Assembly (NCBI GenBank): GCA_027623315.1
Contig: JAQBYD010000006.1
Span: 27,209 to 91,208 of the forward strand
Length of the DNA: 64,000 bases
DNA from: Verrucomicrobiota bacterium
GTDB taxonomy: Bacteria; Verrucomicrobiota; Kiritimatiellia; CAJWTS01
Direction of reading: 5' to 3'
The notes beneath the pieces are model-generated. The model saw nothing but the letters and a program-made list of their open reading frames with translations. It was not told the origin of the DNA and ran no database searches. Both the position numbers and the translations under genes were made by a program. Positions 18,076-27,343 of this stretch are shown here, in pieces (within the stretch, counting starts at the first letter, position 1; each line of letters opens with the position of its first letter).

Positions 18076-18945
18076 TCAGTGGAACTGGGCGTGCGGATGT
18101 TCGAGTGGTGCACCACGCGGGCCGTGCGAATGACCGGGCAAGCGCTCGAGTCCGACGGCGATCAGGACGCCTGCCAGCAGGGCCGTCGATAGGACGAGGC
18201 GATCGTGCCGGTGAAAGTGGACCTCCGGAAGAAGGTCGCCAAGTGAGATGCAGAGGAAGACGCCCGCCGAGAAGGCCAGTGCGCCTCCCAGCAGGTAGTC
18301 CTGCCACGCCTCAAAGTGACCCAGGCCGACCCAGACCAGCAGGGCCCCGAGTGGACACATCATAGCGAACCCGCAGTTCACCATGAGTTGCTTGCCGGTT
18401 GGCCAGCCGCGCGCGGCCATGAGCGACGTGATCGACAGAGCATCCAGCGGCTTGTGGAGTAGAATCGCCAGGAAGATCGCGAGCGAAACGGTCAGCGTGC
18501 CTGCAGCAGGCTCAGCCTTGACCGACGCGCCCAGGGCAACGCCGTCCATCAGCGTATGCACGCTCAATCCAATCGCCAGGCCGAGCCAGCTCAGCTGGTG
18601 TCCATGCGCGTGGTCATGCGAATCGTCGTGATGATGATCATGCTCCGTATCGTCGGCGCGCTCTGCCGGGCCATGAACGTGAAAGTGGAACGTGCGAATC
18701 AGGAAGAAGGTGGCCAGGAGTCCGATCAGCGTCCAGCCGGCGGCCGACTGATGCGACGGCAATCGACGAGCGGCCTCGGGAAGCAGGTGCAGCAGCGCGA
18801 CCCCGAGCATCAGACCCGCCACGAGGCTCATAATAATCTGCATGCGCAGGTGAGTCAGGCGCACGCGGGACGGAATCCAGCCTCCAAACATCGACGCGAG
18901 GACGATGAGCAGGCAATAGATCAGGATTAATGAGAGGGATGACAT
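18076..18945 (-). CDS. ZIP family metal (Zn/Fe) transporter with His-rich cytoplasmic loop
   Basis: The track start at 18993 is TTG. The ATG at 18945 gives MSSLSLILIYCLL... Eight TM helices, loop HFHVHGPAERADDTEHDHHHDDSHDHAHGH, conserved HxxxDG/ GxAxG-like TM motifs (HTLMDGVALGAS). Confidence 0.8.
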   Translation of the reverse strand: MSSLSLILIYCLLIVLASMFGGWIPSRVRLTHLRMQIIMSLVAGLMLGVALLHLLPEAARRLPSHQSAAGWTLIGLLATFFLIRTFHFHVHGPAERADDTEHDHHHDDSHDHAHGHQLSWLGLAIGLSVHTLMDGVALGASVKAEPAAGTLTVSLAIFLAILLHKPLDALSITSLMAARGWPTGKQLMVNCGFAMMCPLGALLVWVGLGHFEAWQDYLLGGALAFSAGVFLCISLGDLLPEVHFHRHDRLVLSTALLAGVLIAVGLERLPGHSHGPRGAPLEHPHAQFH

Positions 18946-19143
18946 CTTGAGAATCGACTGGGCGATGGTGCTGGAACGGACACCGAATGGCAAGGCGGGA
19001 TGAAGCGGTTACTCCGGGGAGAGTTACGGTTTTCGCGGGCAGAATCGTATCGGCCCGGGCTCCCTGATTCACAGACTGATGGCACGAGTCCTGCTCTTCA
19101 TCTATAGTAGAGGTGCTCTGGGGTCACCGCTGCGGGTTTGGGT

Positions 19144-22100
19144 ATGAGAATCGAAGATTTCACGGCACGAGTCATTGCGGTTGTTGTTGCATTGTTGGGC
19201 GTCGTCGGCCCAGATGTGTGCGCTGCTATGGAGAGGTCCGCTCGCGGGGAGTGGGTGCGACTGGATCGCGTGCCCGTTCGCAAGGAGCGGCTTCGCCCCT
19301 GGGTTCGTCCGGAGCATTTCGTGCCCTACAGACTCGACGCCCAGGCATTGCGGCGAACGCTGTTGAAGGTGCCCGGCCCCCCTGTCGCGGTCAGGAAATC
19401 CCCGGCGTTCGTGATTGAACTCCCCACGCCCCAAGGCGGGTTCGCGCGATACCGGATTACCGAGACGGCGCTCATGCATCCCGACCTTGCGCGGAAGTTC
19501 CCGGAGATCAAGACGTACGCGGGGCGTGGAATCGATGACCCACAGGCGTCGATCAGAATGGACTTCACCCCGCAGGGCTTTCACGCGCAGGTGCTTTCGC
19601 CCCGTGGCGCCTGCTACATCGATCCCTACTCGCACGGTGATACGACCACGTATGCCTGTTACTACAAGCGAAACTATCGCGCTCTCGGTAAACAATTTCA
19701 GTGTTTAGTCGACGAGGGCCAGGACGTTGCGGGGCGCGCACCCGTCGCGGCTCGGACCGACAACGGAGACACATTGCGCACCTTTCGTCTCGCGTGTGCG
19801 GCCACGGGTGAATACACCGCCTTCCACGGCGGAACGGTCGCTGCAGGGCTTGCGGCAATCGTCACGACGGTGAATCGGGTCGTCGGGATCTACGAGCTCG
19901 AGGTGGCGGTCAGCATGCAGTTGGTAGCGAACAACAACTTGATCGTGTACACGGGCTCCGGCACGGACCCCTACACCAACAACAACGGCATTGCCATGCT
20001 CGGGGAAAACCAGTCGAACCTGGACTCGGTAATTGGAAGTGCGAACTACGATATCGGGCACGTGTTCAGCACTGGCGGCGGAGGAATTGCTGGATTGGGA
20101 GTTGTCTGTAACAACAGCCGCAAAGCGGAGGGCGTGACCGGATTGCCGAGCCCGGTCGGGGACTCTTTCGACGTGGACTTCGTGGCGCACGAGATGGGGC
20201 ATCAGTTTAACGGTAGCCATACCTTCAACGGCTCGCAGGGAAACTGCAGCGGCGAAAATCGTACCGGATCGACGGCCTACGAACCCGGCAGTGGATCGAC
20301 CATCATGGCGTATGCTGGAATCTGCGGCACCGACAACCTGCAGGCCCACAGCGATCCCTACTTTCACTTCGCGAGCCTCGATCAGATCACTTCGTTTGTA
20401 TCGTCTGGCGGCGGTTCCGGTTGCGCGTCCAATAGCGTGACCGGTAACACGGTCCCGACGGCCGGCGCGGGCGCCGACTACACGATACCGCGGAGTACGC
20501 CGTTTGAGTTGACGGCATCCGGCAGCGATCCCAACGGAGACACGTTGACGTATGCGTGGGAAGAACGCGATCTCGGGGCCGCACAACAAGTGGGCGACGC
20601 GGATAACGGGGCAAGTCCCATTTTCCGGACATGGGATCCGACAAGTGATCCCGTTCGAACATTTCCGCGGCTACAGGATCTGCTCAACAACACGCTGTCG
20701 ACCGGCGAGAAGCTTCCAACCACAAGCCGCTCGCTGAATTTCAGGATTACGGTTCGTGACAACCGTTCCGGTGGCGGCGGATTCGATATGGACGACATGC
20801 TGGTGACGGTTGATGCAACTACCGGTCCGTTCACGGTGACGGCTCCGAACACCGCCGTGAACTGGTCCGGTGCGCGGACCGTCACGTGGAGCGTGGGGGG
20901 CACCGCTGGTGGCGCAGTGAACGCCACGAACGTCGATATCATGCTCTCGACCAACGGCGGAATGTCCTTCGATATCGCCCTTGCATCCGCCGTACCCAAC
21001 GATGGCTCGCATGGCGTGGTCCTGCCGGCCATCTCCAATACCCAGGCGCGGATCAAGGTGCAAGGGTCCGGGAACATCTTCTTCGACGTGTCGGACGCGA
21101 ACTTCACGGTTGAGTTCTCAGACGATCTGGCGGTGACACCGTTCGGCGGATTCTCGTCCACGGGAGAGGAGGGCGGGCCCTTCGCCCCGGCGTGCCGGGT
21201 CTATTCGCTATCCAACACTGGAGGTTCGAGTCTGACCTGGACCTCCGTCTATGCGGCGACGTGGCTTGACGTCTCGCCGCGGAGCGGCGTGTTGACTGGC
21301 GGGGGGACGACGAATATCGACGTCTGCGTCGCGAATTCGGCCACCGGCCTCACGGCCGCGACCTATTCGGATACGCTCACCTTCAGCAACGCAAGCAGTG
21401 GAGTCGCCCAGGACCGGGGCATATCCTTGCAGGTGGATCCATTCGTGCCGGGCGCGTTCGAGTTTACGACGACCGGATACTCGGTGCTGGAGTCGACCGC
21501 CAGTGCCACGGTGAGCGTGGCACGCGTCGGGGGGGCCTCAGGCGCGGTCTCGGTTCGATTTTCGACAAGCAACGGAACGGCGAGCGCCGGAACGGACTAC
21601 ACCACCAGCACGGGGACCCTTTCATGGGCAGCAAGCGATTCATCGAACCAGGTATTTACGGTGCCGATCACGGACGACTCGGATATCGAGGGCTCTGAAA
21701 CGATTAGCCTGTTCCTTAGTGAACCGACTGGAAATGCATCCCTCGCGGCCCCCAGCAATGCAACGCTAACGATCCTGGACGACGACGCAACCGTGATCGT
21801 GGCCGATGGGGCGACGCTGCTTGTAGAGGGGTGTTTTCCGACCAACGGCCTGATCGATCCCGGCGAGACCGTTACCGTGGATTTCTCCGTGCGCAGTACC
21901 AGCGGACCGAATACATCAAATCTTGTCGCTACGCTCGAGACGCACGGCGGTGTAACGTTTCCCGGCACCCCACAATCGTACGGGGTTCTGACCGCTGGCG
22001 GGGCCGCCGTGGCGCGCGGTTTTGCTTTTACACCAACAGGTACATGCGGCGGAACCGTGACGGCCCGGCTCGCACTGCAGGACGGCGCCCTCGACCTCGG

Positions 22101-25100
22101 GACGGTCGACTTTCTGCTGGATATGCCGGGCCGCGGCGCCACGACCCAGGAGTTTAACTATGCCGGATCGCCCGTCTCGATTCCGGACGCCAATGCGAAC
22201 GGCGTGGATATCCTGATCACTGTCAGCAATCTCTTCGGCTTGATCTCGGATCTCGATTTCAATATCGGCGGCAGCAGTTGCAGCAGCAGTCCGAATGCGA
22301 CCGGTAATGGAATCAACCATACCTGGGTCGGCGATCTCACTATTACGCTGGAGTCGCCAGAAGGAACGGTCGTCACCCTCATGCAGAAACCGGGGCCGGA
22401 TGCGGCGGGATCGAGCGGGAATCATTTCTGTAACACCGTTCTGGACGATGACAACGGAGTCAACTCGATCCAGAGCATCGCAAAGAGCGGGGCGCCTCCG
22501 CTCGGTCCACCGTACACGGGAGTTTTCACGCCGCTGCAGGCCTTGAGCGCATTCGACGGCGAGAATCCAAACGGCACGTGGACCGTCAACATCTCTGACG
22601 ATGCGGCCGGAGAGACGGGCGATGCGCGCGACCTTTCGGTGATCATTACCGCTGACGGTGGCGAATGCTGTGTGTCGTCGAACGCGGCCGACATTGCGAT
22701 CGGCAAGACCGCGAGCCAGTTGACGCCCCTCGAAGGGGCGTCGGTCGACTACACGATTGTCGTGACCAATCTGGGGCCAAACCTCGCAAGCGGTGTGGTG
22801 GCAACCGACGCCGTACCGGCTGGAGTGACCTACATTTCTTCCAGCAGTACAAATTATAGCCAGGCATCAGGGGAATGGGTCATTGGCAGCCTCGCCGTGG
22901 GGGCATCGACCTCGCTGGTCATTAGCGTAAGCGTGGACGGCGGGACCGCCGGAAACACGATTACGAATACAGCCACAGTGTCGTCCGCGAATCCACCCGA
23001 CCCGGTAACCGCCAACAATACGGCGACCGCCACATTCACCGTGCCGCTCGTGGATATCAACGTCACGAAGAGCGTCGACAATGCCACGCCGGGCGAAGAT
23101 GACGCGATCGTATATACGATCGCCGTTAGTAACCGCGGGCCGAGCGCCGCCAGCGGCGTTATCATCACCGATAGCGTGCCGGTCGGCGTGACGTACGTTT
23201 CCGACAACAGCGCGGACTACGCTCCCTCCAACGGGCTATGGAATGTCGGGGCGCTGGCTTCCGGGAGCGGGACGTCGTTGACGATTACCGTTACGGTGAA
23301 TGCGGCGACGCTCGGCCAAAGCATAACCAACCAGGCATCCGTGCTCGCCGTGGACCAATCGGATCAAACGCCCGGGAATGACAGTGATATCGCGACTATA
23401 CTCGTGTCCGGCATCGACGTTGGGATCACTAAACTGGTTGACGACGCAACTCCTGGTGCCGGCGACACGATTAACTATACGCTGATCGTCACTAATCTCG
23501 GCCCCGGTAATGCTTCCGGGGTTGTCGTCACGGATGCCGTTCCAGCCGGGGTGACGTTCCAGGGCGCGAGTAGTCCGGGATACAACCCGGGGTCAGGCCT
23601 CTGGAGCGTGGGCGACGTTGATGCCGGGTCCGGAGACACGCTGACGATCACCGTGACGGTCGATTCCGGCAGCGGCGGACTCGCAATCACGAATCGCGCC
23701 GCCATCAGCGCCACGGATCAATCGGACCTGTCATCGACCAACGATGCCGACACCGCGACGATTCAGGTATCGCTAATCGACGTTTCGATATCCAAATCGG
23801 TCGATAACGCGACACCGAATCCGGGCGCTACGATTATGTATACGGTGTTGGCGACCAACGTCGGTACGGACACGGCGGGCGGCGTCGAGGTAACCGATGC
23901 CGTGCCGGGAGGCGTCACCTTCGTCTTCGCGAATAACCCCGGCTACAATTCGTCCTCGGGGCTCTGGGTGGTCGGATCACTTGCGGTGGGCGAAGGCGCG
24001 ATCCTGGAAATCACGGTCACCGTCGATTCGGGAAGCGCCGGAAAAGCGATTACGAATTTCGCCGCGCTGAGCGCGATTGACCAGGTGGATGCCAATGTGT
24101 CGAATAATGAAGACATCGCCGTCATTTCCGTTCCCGGTGTCGATCTCGTAGATGTCGAAATCGCCAAGTCGGTGAATACAGCCGTCGCGAACGAAGGCGA
24201 CACCGTTATCTATACGATTGCCGCAACCAATGCGGGACCGGATGACGCGACGGGCCTGGTCGTGACAGACCTGCTGCCGGCCGGGGTGACCTATGTCTCG
24301 AGCGGTGGCGGAACGTATAATGAGACCAACGGCCTCTGGGCGATCGGCAGTTTGAACGCGGACGCTGTGACCAGCCTGGTCGTAACTGCCACGGTTGACG
24401 GTGGAACAGGAGGCACCGCGATCACGAACCTCGCTGCCGTCAGTGCGCTCGACCAGGCCGATTCGAATTCTGGCAACGATTCAGACACGGCCGTCGTCGC
24501 CGTGACGCTGGTCGACATCGGGATTGCAAAAACCGTCGATAAGCTGGTCGTGAACGAGGGCGACACCGTCGTCTACACAATCACGGTTACGAACGCAGGT
24601 CCAGATGCGGCGAGTGGGCTCGTTGTCACCGATGCCGTGCCGGCCGGCGTGTCGTTCATCTCCTCCGATAGCGCGACCTACAACGAGACGAATGGCTTAT
24701 GGGCGATCGGCAATCTCGCCGCCGGTTCGACGACTAGCCTGGTGGTCACGGCAACCATAGACGGCGGGACGGGTGGCACGTCGATCACCAACGTAGCGAC
24801 TGTGAGTGCACTCGATCAGGCGGACTCGAACGGTGGCAATGACAGCGATACCGTCGTCATCGCCGTAACCCTGGTCGATATCGCGGTTGCAAAATCGGTT
24901 GATCAAACCGTGGTGGATGAGGGTGATACGATCATCTACATAATTACCGTCACCAATGCGGGACCGGACGGCGCGACGGGCCTGGTCGTGACGGATCTCC
25001 TGCCGGCGGGGGTGACCTATGTCTCAAGCGGTGGCGGAACGTATAATGAGACCAATGGACTGTGGACGATCGGCGGCCTCGCCGAGAGTTCTGCGACGAG

Positions 25101-27105
25101 TTTGACCGTGACCGTGACCGTGGATGGTGGGATCGGTGGTGCCGTGATCACAAATGTCGCCGAAGTCAGCGCCGTTGATCAGGCCGACGCAAGCGCTGGA
25201 AACGACTCCGACGACGCCGTGGTCGCCGTTACTCTAGTTGATATCAGAGTCACCAAGACCTCCGACCAGGCGACCGTCGATGAAGGCGACACGGTCGTGT
25301 TCACGATTGCCGCAACCAATGCGGGACCGGACGATGCGACGGGCCTGGCCGTGACCGATCTGCTGCCGGTGGGCGTGACCTATGTGTCCAGCGCTGGCGG
25401 AACGTATAATGAGACCAACGGCCTCTGGGCAATCGGCAGTTTGAGCGCGGGCGCTGTGACCAGCCTGGTCGTAGCTGCCACGGTTGACGGTGGAACAGGA
25501 GGCACCGCGATTACAAACCTCGCTGCCGTCAGCGCGCTGGACCAGGCTGATTCCAGTGCCGGTAACGATTCCGATCAGGCCGCGGTTGCGATCACACTCG
25601 TGGATATCGGCGTGACAAAAACAGCCGACAGCTCGTTCGCGGACGAGAGCGACACGATCGTGTATACAATCGCGGCCACGAACGCCGGGCCGGACAACGC
25701 AACGGGGCTGGTCGTGGCGGACTTGTTGCCGGCGGGAGTCACGTTTGTCTCGGCGACAGGCGGAACGTATAACGAGACCAACGGACTTTGGACGATCGGC
25801 GGCTTAAGCGCGAGTTCCGTGACGAGTCTGGTCGTGACCGTGACCATCGACGGTGGTACCGGCGGGTCGGGTATTACGAACATCGCCACGGTGAATGCTG
25901 TGGACCAGGCGGACTCGAGCGCGGGTAATGATTCGGACAGCGCGGTGGTGGTGGTGACGCTCGTGGACATTGTCGTCACAAAGACCGTAGACCAGTCTAC
26001 GGTGGACGAGGGCGACACGATTGTTTTCACGATAGTGGCGACCAACGCCGGGCCGGACAGCGCGACGGGGTTGATTGTGAGCGACGTACTTCCGGTCGGG
26101 TTGACTTTCGCTTCCAGTGCGGGCGGTTCATACAATCACACAAACGGCCAGTGGACGATTGGCGGCCTTGCCGCGGGGGCCGTCACAAATCTCAGCATCA
26201 CCGTCGCGGTCGATGGCGGGACAGGCGGTACATCGATTACCAACACCGCTGCCGTCAGTGCGCTCGATCAGGCCGACTCAAATTCCACAAATGATTCCGA
26301 TTTTGCCGGGATCACGGTTCTCGCAGTCGATCTCGCCCTCGAGAAAACAGATCTCGTGGACCCGGTTGTGAGCAACAACGTCGTGATCTACACTTTGGCG
26401 GTGACGAATTTGGGGCCGGGGCAAGCGACATCGGTGGCCGTCGAGGACCCTTTGCCGGCCGGGATGACGTTCAATCCCACGGGGAGTGATCCGGGTTGCT
26501 CTTCGACCGGCGGCGTCGTGACATGTACGATCGGCACGCTCGCCTCGGGTGCAAGTACGAGTATTGTTGTCGTCGTTAATGTCAGCACCTCGCTGGTTGG
26601 CGTGGTCACGAATGCTGCGTCCGTGTCGACTGCCTCTACGGACGCATCTCCGGGTAACAATGTTGCCGCCGAAGATACCACCATCGCCGACTTTGACGGC
26701 GACGGCTCTCCGGACTTCCACGACCCGGACGACGATAACGATCTAGTTCCCGACTTCTGGGAGTTGCTCTATTCGCTCGATCCCTATGATGCGAGCGACG
26801 CCGCGCTGGATGGTGATGGCGATGGCTTCTCGAACGGGGATGAATACGTCGCGCAGACGGATCCCGGGGATCCTGATTCCTTCTTCAAAATCGAGCGAAT
26901 TACGATCATGAGCCCGGTAGAAATTCATTATCAGTCGCAGAGCGGAAGGGTCTATACGCTCCAGTACACGGACGATCTGATGCTCGTTCCGTTTACGAAT
27001 CATCCGTTCTATATCGAGATTCCGGGCACCGGCGGCCCAGGTCTGTTCATCGACAGCAACGGGCCGCCACGCCGCTTCTATATGATGGGAGTGGATCTTC
27101 CCTGA
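19144..27105 (+). CDS. Giant secreted multidomain protein: reprolysin/pappalysin-like zinc metalloprotease + Calx-beta + proprotein-convertase P-domain + 11 DUF11 repeats + Ca-binding TSP3-like repeats
   Basis: The track start 19138 is TTG. ATG at 19144 gives MRIEDFTARVIAVVVALLGVVG, a signal. Zincin motif HEMGHQFNGSH. Calx-beta segment: YSVLESTASATVSVARVGGASGAVSVRFSTSNGTASAGTDYTTSTGTLSWAA...SETISLFLSEP. P-domain-like segment: GDLTITLESPEGTVVTLMQKPG. Eleven ~121-aa repeats (...VTNLGP..ASGV.VTDAVPAGVTYVS...) are DUF11-like. C-terminal DFDGDGSPDFHDPDDDNDLVPD...DGDGDGFSNGDE are aspartate-rich Ca-binding repeats. Confidence 0.8.
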   Translation: MRIEDFTARVIAVVVALLGVVGPDVCAAMERSARGEWVRLDRVPVRKERLRPWVRPEHFVPYRLDAQALRRTLLKVPGPPVAVRKSPAFVIELPTPQGGFARYRITETALMHPDLARKFPEIKTYAGRGIDDPQASIRMDFTPQGFHAQVLSPRGACYIDPYSHGDTTTYACYYKRNYRALGKQFQCLVDEGQDVAGRAPVAARTDNGDTLRTFRLACAATGEYTAFHGGTVAAGLAAIVTTVNRVVGIYELEVAVSMQLVANNNLIVYTGSGTDPYTNNNGIAMLGENQSNLDSVIGSANYDIGHVFSTGGGGIAGLGVVCNNSRKAEGVTGLPSPVGDSFDVDFVAHEMGHQFNGSHTFNGSQGNCSGENRTGSTAYEPGSGSTIMAYAGICGTDNLQAHSDPYFHFASLDQITSFVSSGGGSGCASNSVTGNTVPTAGAGADYTIPRSTPFELTASGSDPNGDTLTYAWEERDLGAAQQVGDADNGASPIFRTWDPTSDPVRTFPRLQDLLNNTLSTGEKLPTTSRSLNFRITVRDNRSGGGGFDMDDMLVTVDATTGPFTVTAPNTAVNWSGARTVTWSVGGTAGGAVNATNVDIMLSTNGGMSFDIALASAVPNDGSHGVVLPAISNTQARIKVQGSGNIFFDVSDANFTVEFSDDLAVTPFGGFSSTGEEGGPFAPACRVYSLSNTGGSSLTWTSVYAATWLDVSPRSGVLTGGGTTNIDVCVANSATGLTAATYSDTLTFSNASSGVAQDRGISLQVDPFVPGAFEFTTTGYSVLESTASATVSVARVGGASGAVSVRFSTSNGTASAGTDYTTSTGTLSWAASDSSNQVFTVPITDDSDIEGSETISLFLSEPTGNASLAAPSNATLTILDDDATVIVADGATLLVEGCFPTNGLIDPGETVTVDFSVRSTSGPNTSNLVATLETHGGVTFPGTPQSYGVLTAGGAAVARGFAFTPTGTCGGTVTARLALQDGALDLGTVDFLLDMPGRGATTQEFNYAGSPVSIPDANANGVDILITVSNLFGLISDLDFNIGGSSCSSSPNATGNGINHTWVGDLTITLESPEGTVVTLMQKPGPDAAGSSGNHFCNTVLDDDNGVNSIQSIAKSGAPPLGPPYTGVFTPLQALSAFDGENPNGTWTVNISDDAAGETGDARDLSVIITADGGECCVSSNAADIAIGKTASQLTPLEGASVDYTIVVTNLGPNLASGVVATDAVPAGVTYISSSSTNYSQASGEWVIGSLAVGASTSLVISVSVDGGTAGNTITNTATVSSANPPDPVTANNTATATFTVPLVDINVTKSVDNATPGEDDAIVYTIAVSNRGPSAASGVIITDSVPVGVTYVSDNSADYAPSNGLWNVGALASGSGTSLTITVTVNAATLGQSITNQASVLAVDQSDQTPGNDSDIATILVSGIDVGITKLVDDATPGAGDTINYTLIVTNLGPGNASGVVVTDAVPAGVTFQGASSPGYNPGSGLWSVGDVDAGSGDTLTITVTVDSGSGGLAITNRAAISATDQSDLSSTNDADTATIQVSLIDVSISKSVDNATPNPGATIMYTVLATNVGTDTAGGVEVTDAVPGGVTFVFANNPGYNSSSGLWVVGSLAVGEGAILEITVTVDSGSAGKAITNFAALSAIDQVDANVSNNEDIAVISVPGVDLVDVEIAKSVNTAVANEGDTVIYTIAATNAGPDDATGLVVTDLLPAGVTYVSSGGGTYNETNGLWAIGSLNADAVTSLVVTATVDGGTGGTAITNLAAVSALDQADSNSGNDSDTAVVAVTLVDIGIAKTVDKLVVNEGDTVVYTITVTNAGPDAASGLVVTDAVPAGVSFISSDSATYNETNGLWAIGNLAAGSTTSLVVTATIDGGTGGTSITNVATVSALDQADSNGGNDSDTVVIAVTLVDIAVAKSVDQTVVDEGDTIIYIITVTNAGPDGATGLVVTDLLPAGVTYVSSGGGTYNETNGLWTIGGLAESSATSLTVTVTVDGGIGGAVITNVAEVSAVDQADASAGNDSDDAVVAVTLVDIRVTKTSDQATVDEGDTVVFTIAATNAGPDDATGLAVTDLLPVGVTYVSSAGGTYNETNGLWAIGSLSAGAVTSLVVAATVDGGTGGTAITNLAAVSALDQADSSAGNDSDQAAVAITLVDIGVTKTADSSFADESDTIVYTIAATNAGPDNATGLVVADLLPAGVTFVSATGGTYNETNGLWTIGGLSASSVTSLVVTVTIDGGTGGSGITNIATVNAVDQADSSAGNDSDSAVVVVTLVDIVVTKTVDQSTVDEGDTIVFTIVATNAGPDSATGLIVSDVLPVGLTFASSAGGSYNHTNGQWTIGGLAAGAVTNLSITVAVDGGTGGTSITNTAAVSALDQADSNSTNDSDFAGITVLAVDLALEKTDLVDPVVSNNVVIYTLAVTNLGPGQATSVAVEDPLPAGMTFNPTGSDPGCSSTGGVVTCTIGTLASGASTSIVVVVNVSTSLVGVVTNAASVSTASTDASPGNNVAAEDTTIADFDGDGSPDFHDPDDDNDLVPDFWELLYSLDPYDASDAALDGDGDGFSNGDEYVAQTDPGDPDSFFKIERITIMSPVEIHYQSQSGRVYTLQYTDDLMLVPFTNHPFYIEIPGTGGPGLFIDSNGPPRRFYMMGVDLP
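24130..26290 (+). repeat. Six near-identical ~363-bp tandem DNA repeats (DUF11 repeat units 5-10) inside the giant metalloprotease gene
   Basis: Strings such as accaatgcgggaccggacg.tgcgacgggcctggtcgtgac recur at 24228, 24952 and 25314. ggaacgtataatgagaccaa(c/t)gg also recurs. The encoded repeats (LVDI.V.KTVDQ..VDEGDT..YTI.ATNAGPD.ATGL.VTD...) are more than 80% identical to each other. Confidence 0.75.
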
Positions 27106-27343
27106 GAAGGCCGGTGTTCACGACCCGCGCGCCAGGGCCCACCAGCGTAGTCAAACTTGACCCATACGGTGGCGCCAGCCGGGGTCCACACTTTATAAAG
27201 TGTGGACCGCTCGCCGCGGGCGATTCGGGACTGTAGGCGCAACATCATGTGCACTTTGAGGAGGCCGGGTTACGCCCGGTAGAGGTCGAGGCGCATCTGC
27301 CCCTTTTTCGCCTTGATCCTGTCCAAATCATCTGTGGCGCCCG

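Noticed and set aside
19138-19143. Track start of the mega-protein at 19138
   Set aside because: The codon is TTG. The ATG two codons downstream (19144) is the simpler start, though either would give the same signal peptide.
19326-22867. Minus-strand ORFs inside the metalloprotease gene (e.g. 19705..20589, 20478..21161, 21597..22142)
   Set aside because: Antisense to a region with unambiguous zincin, Calx-beta and P-domain motifs.
22680-26650. Possibility that the periodic ~363-bp repeats are a CRISPR array or satellite
   Set aside because: The repeats are in-frame coding units of DUF11 domains. There are no short direct repeats with unique spacers and no cas genes.
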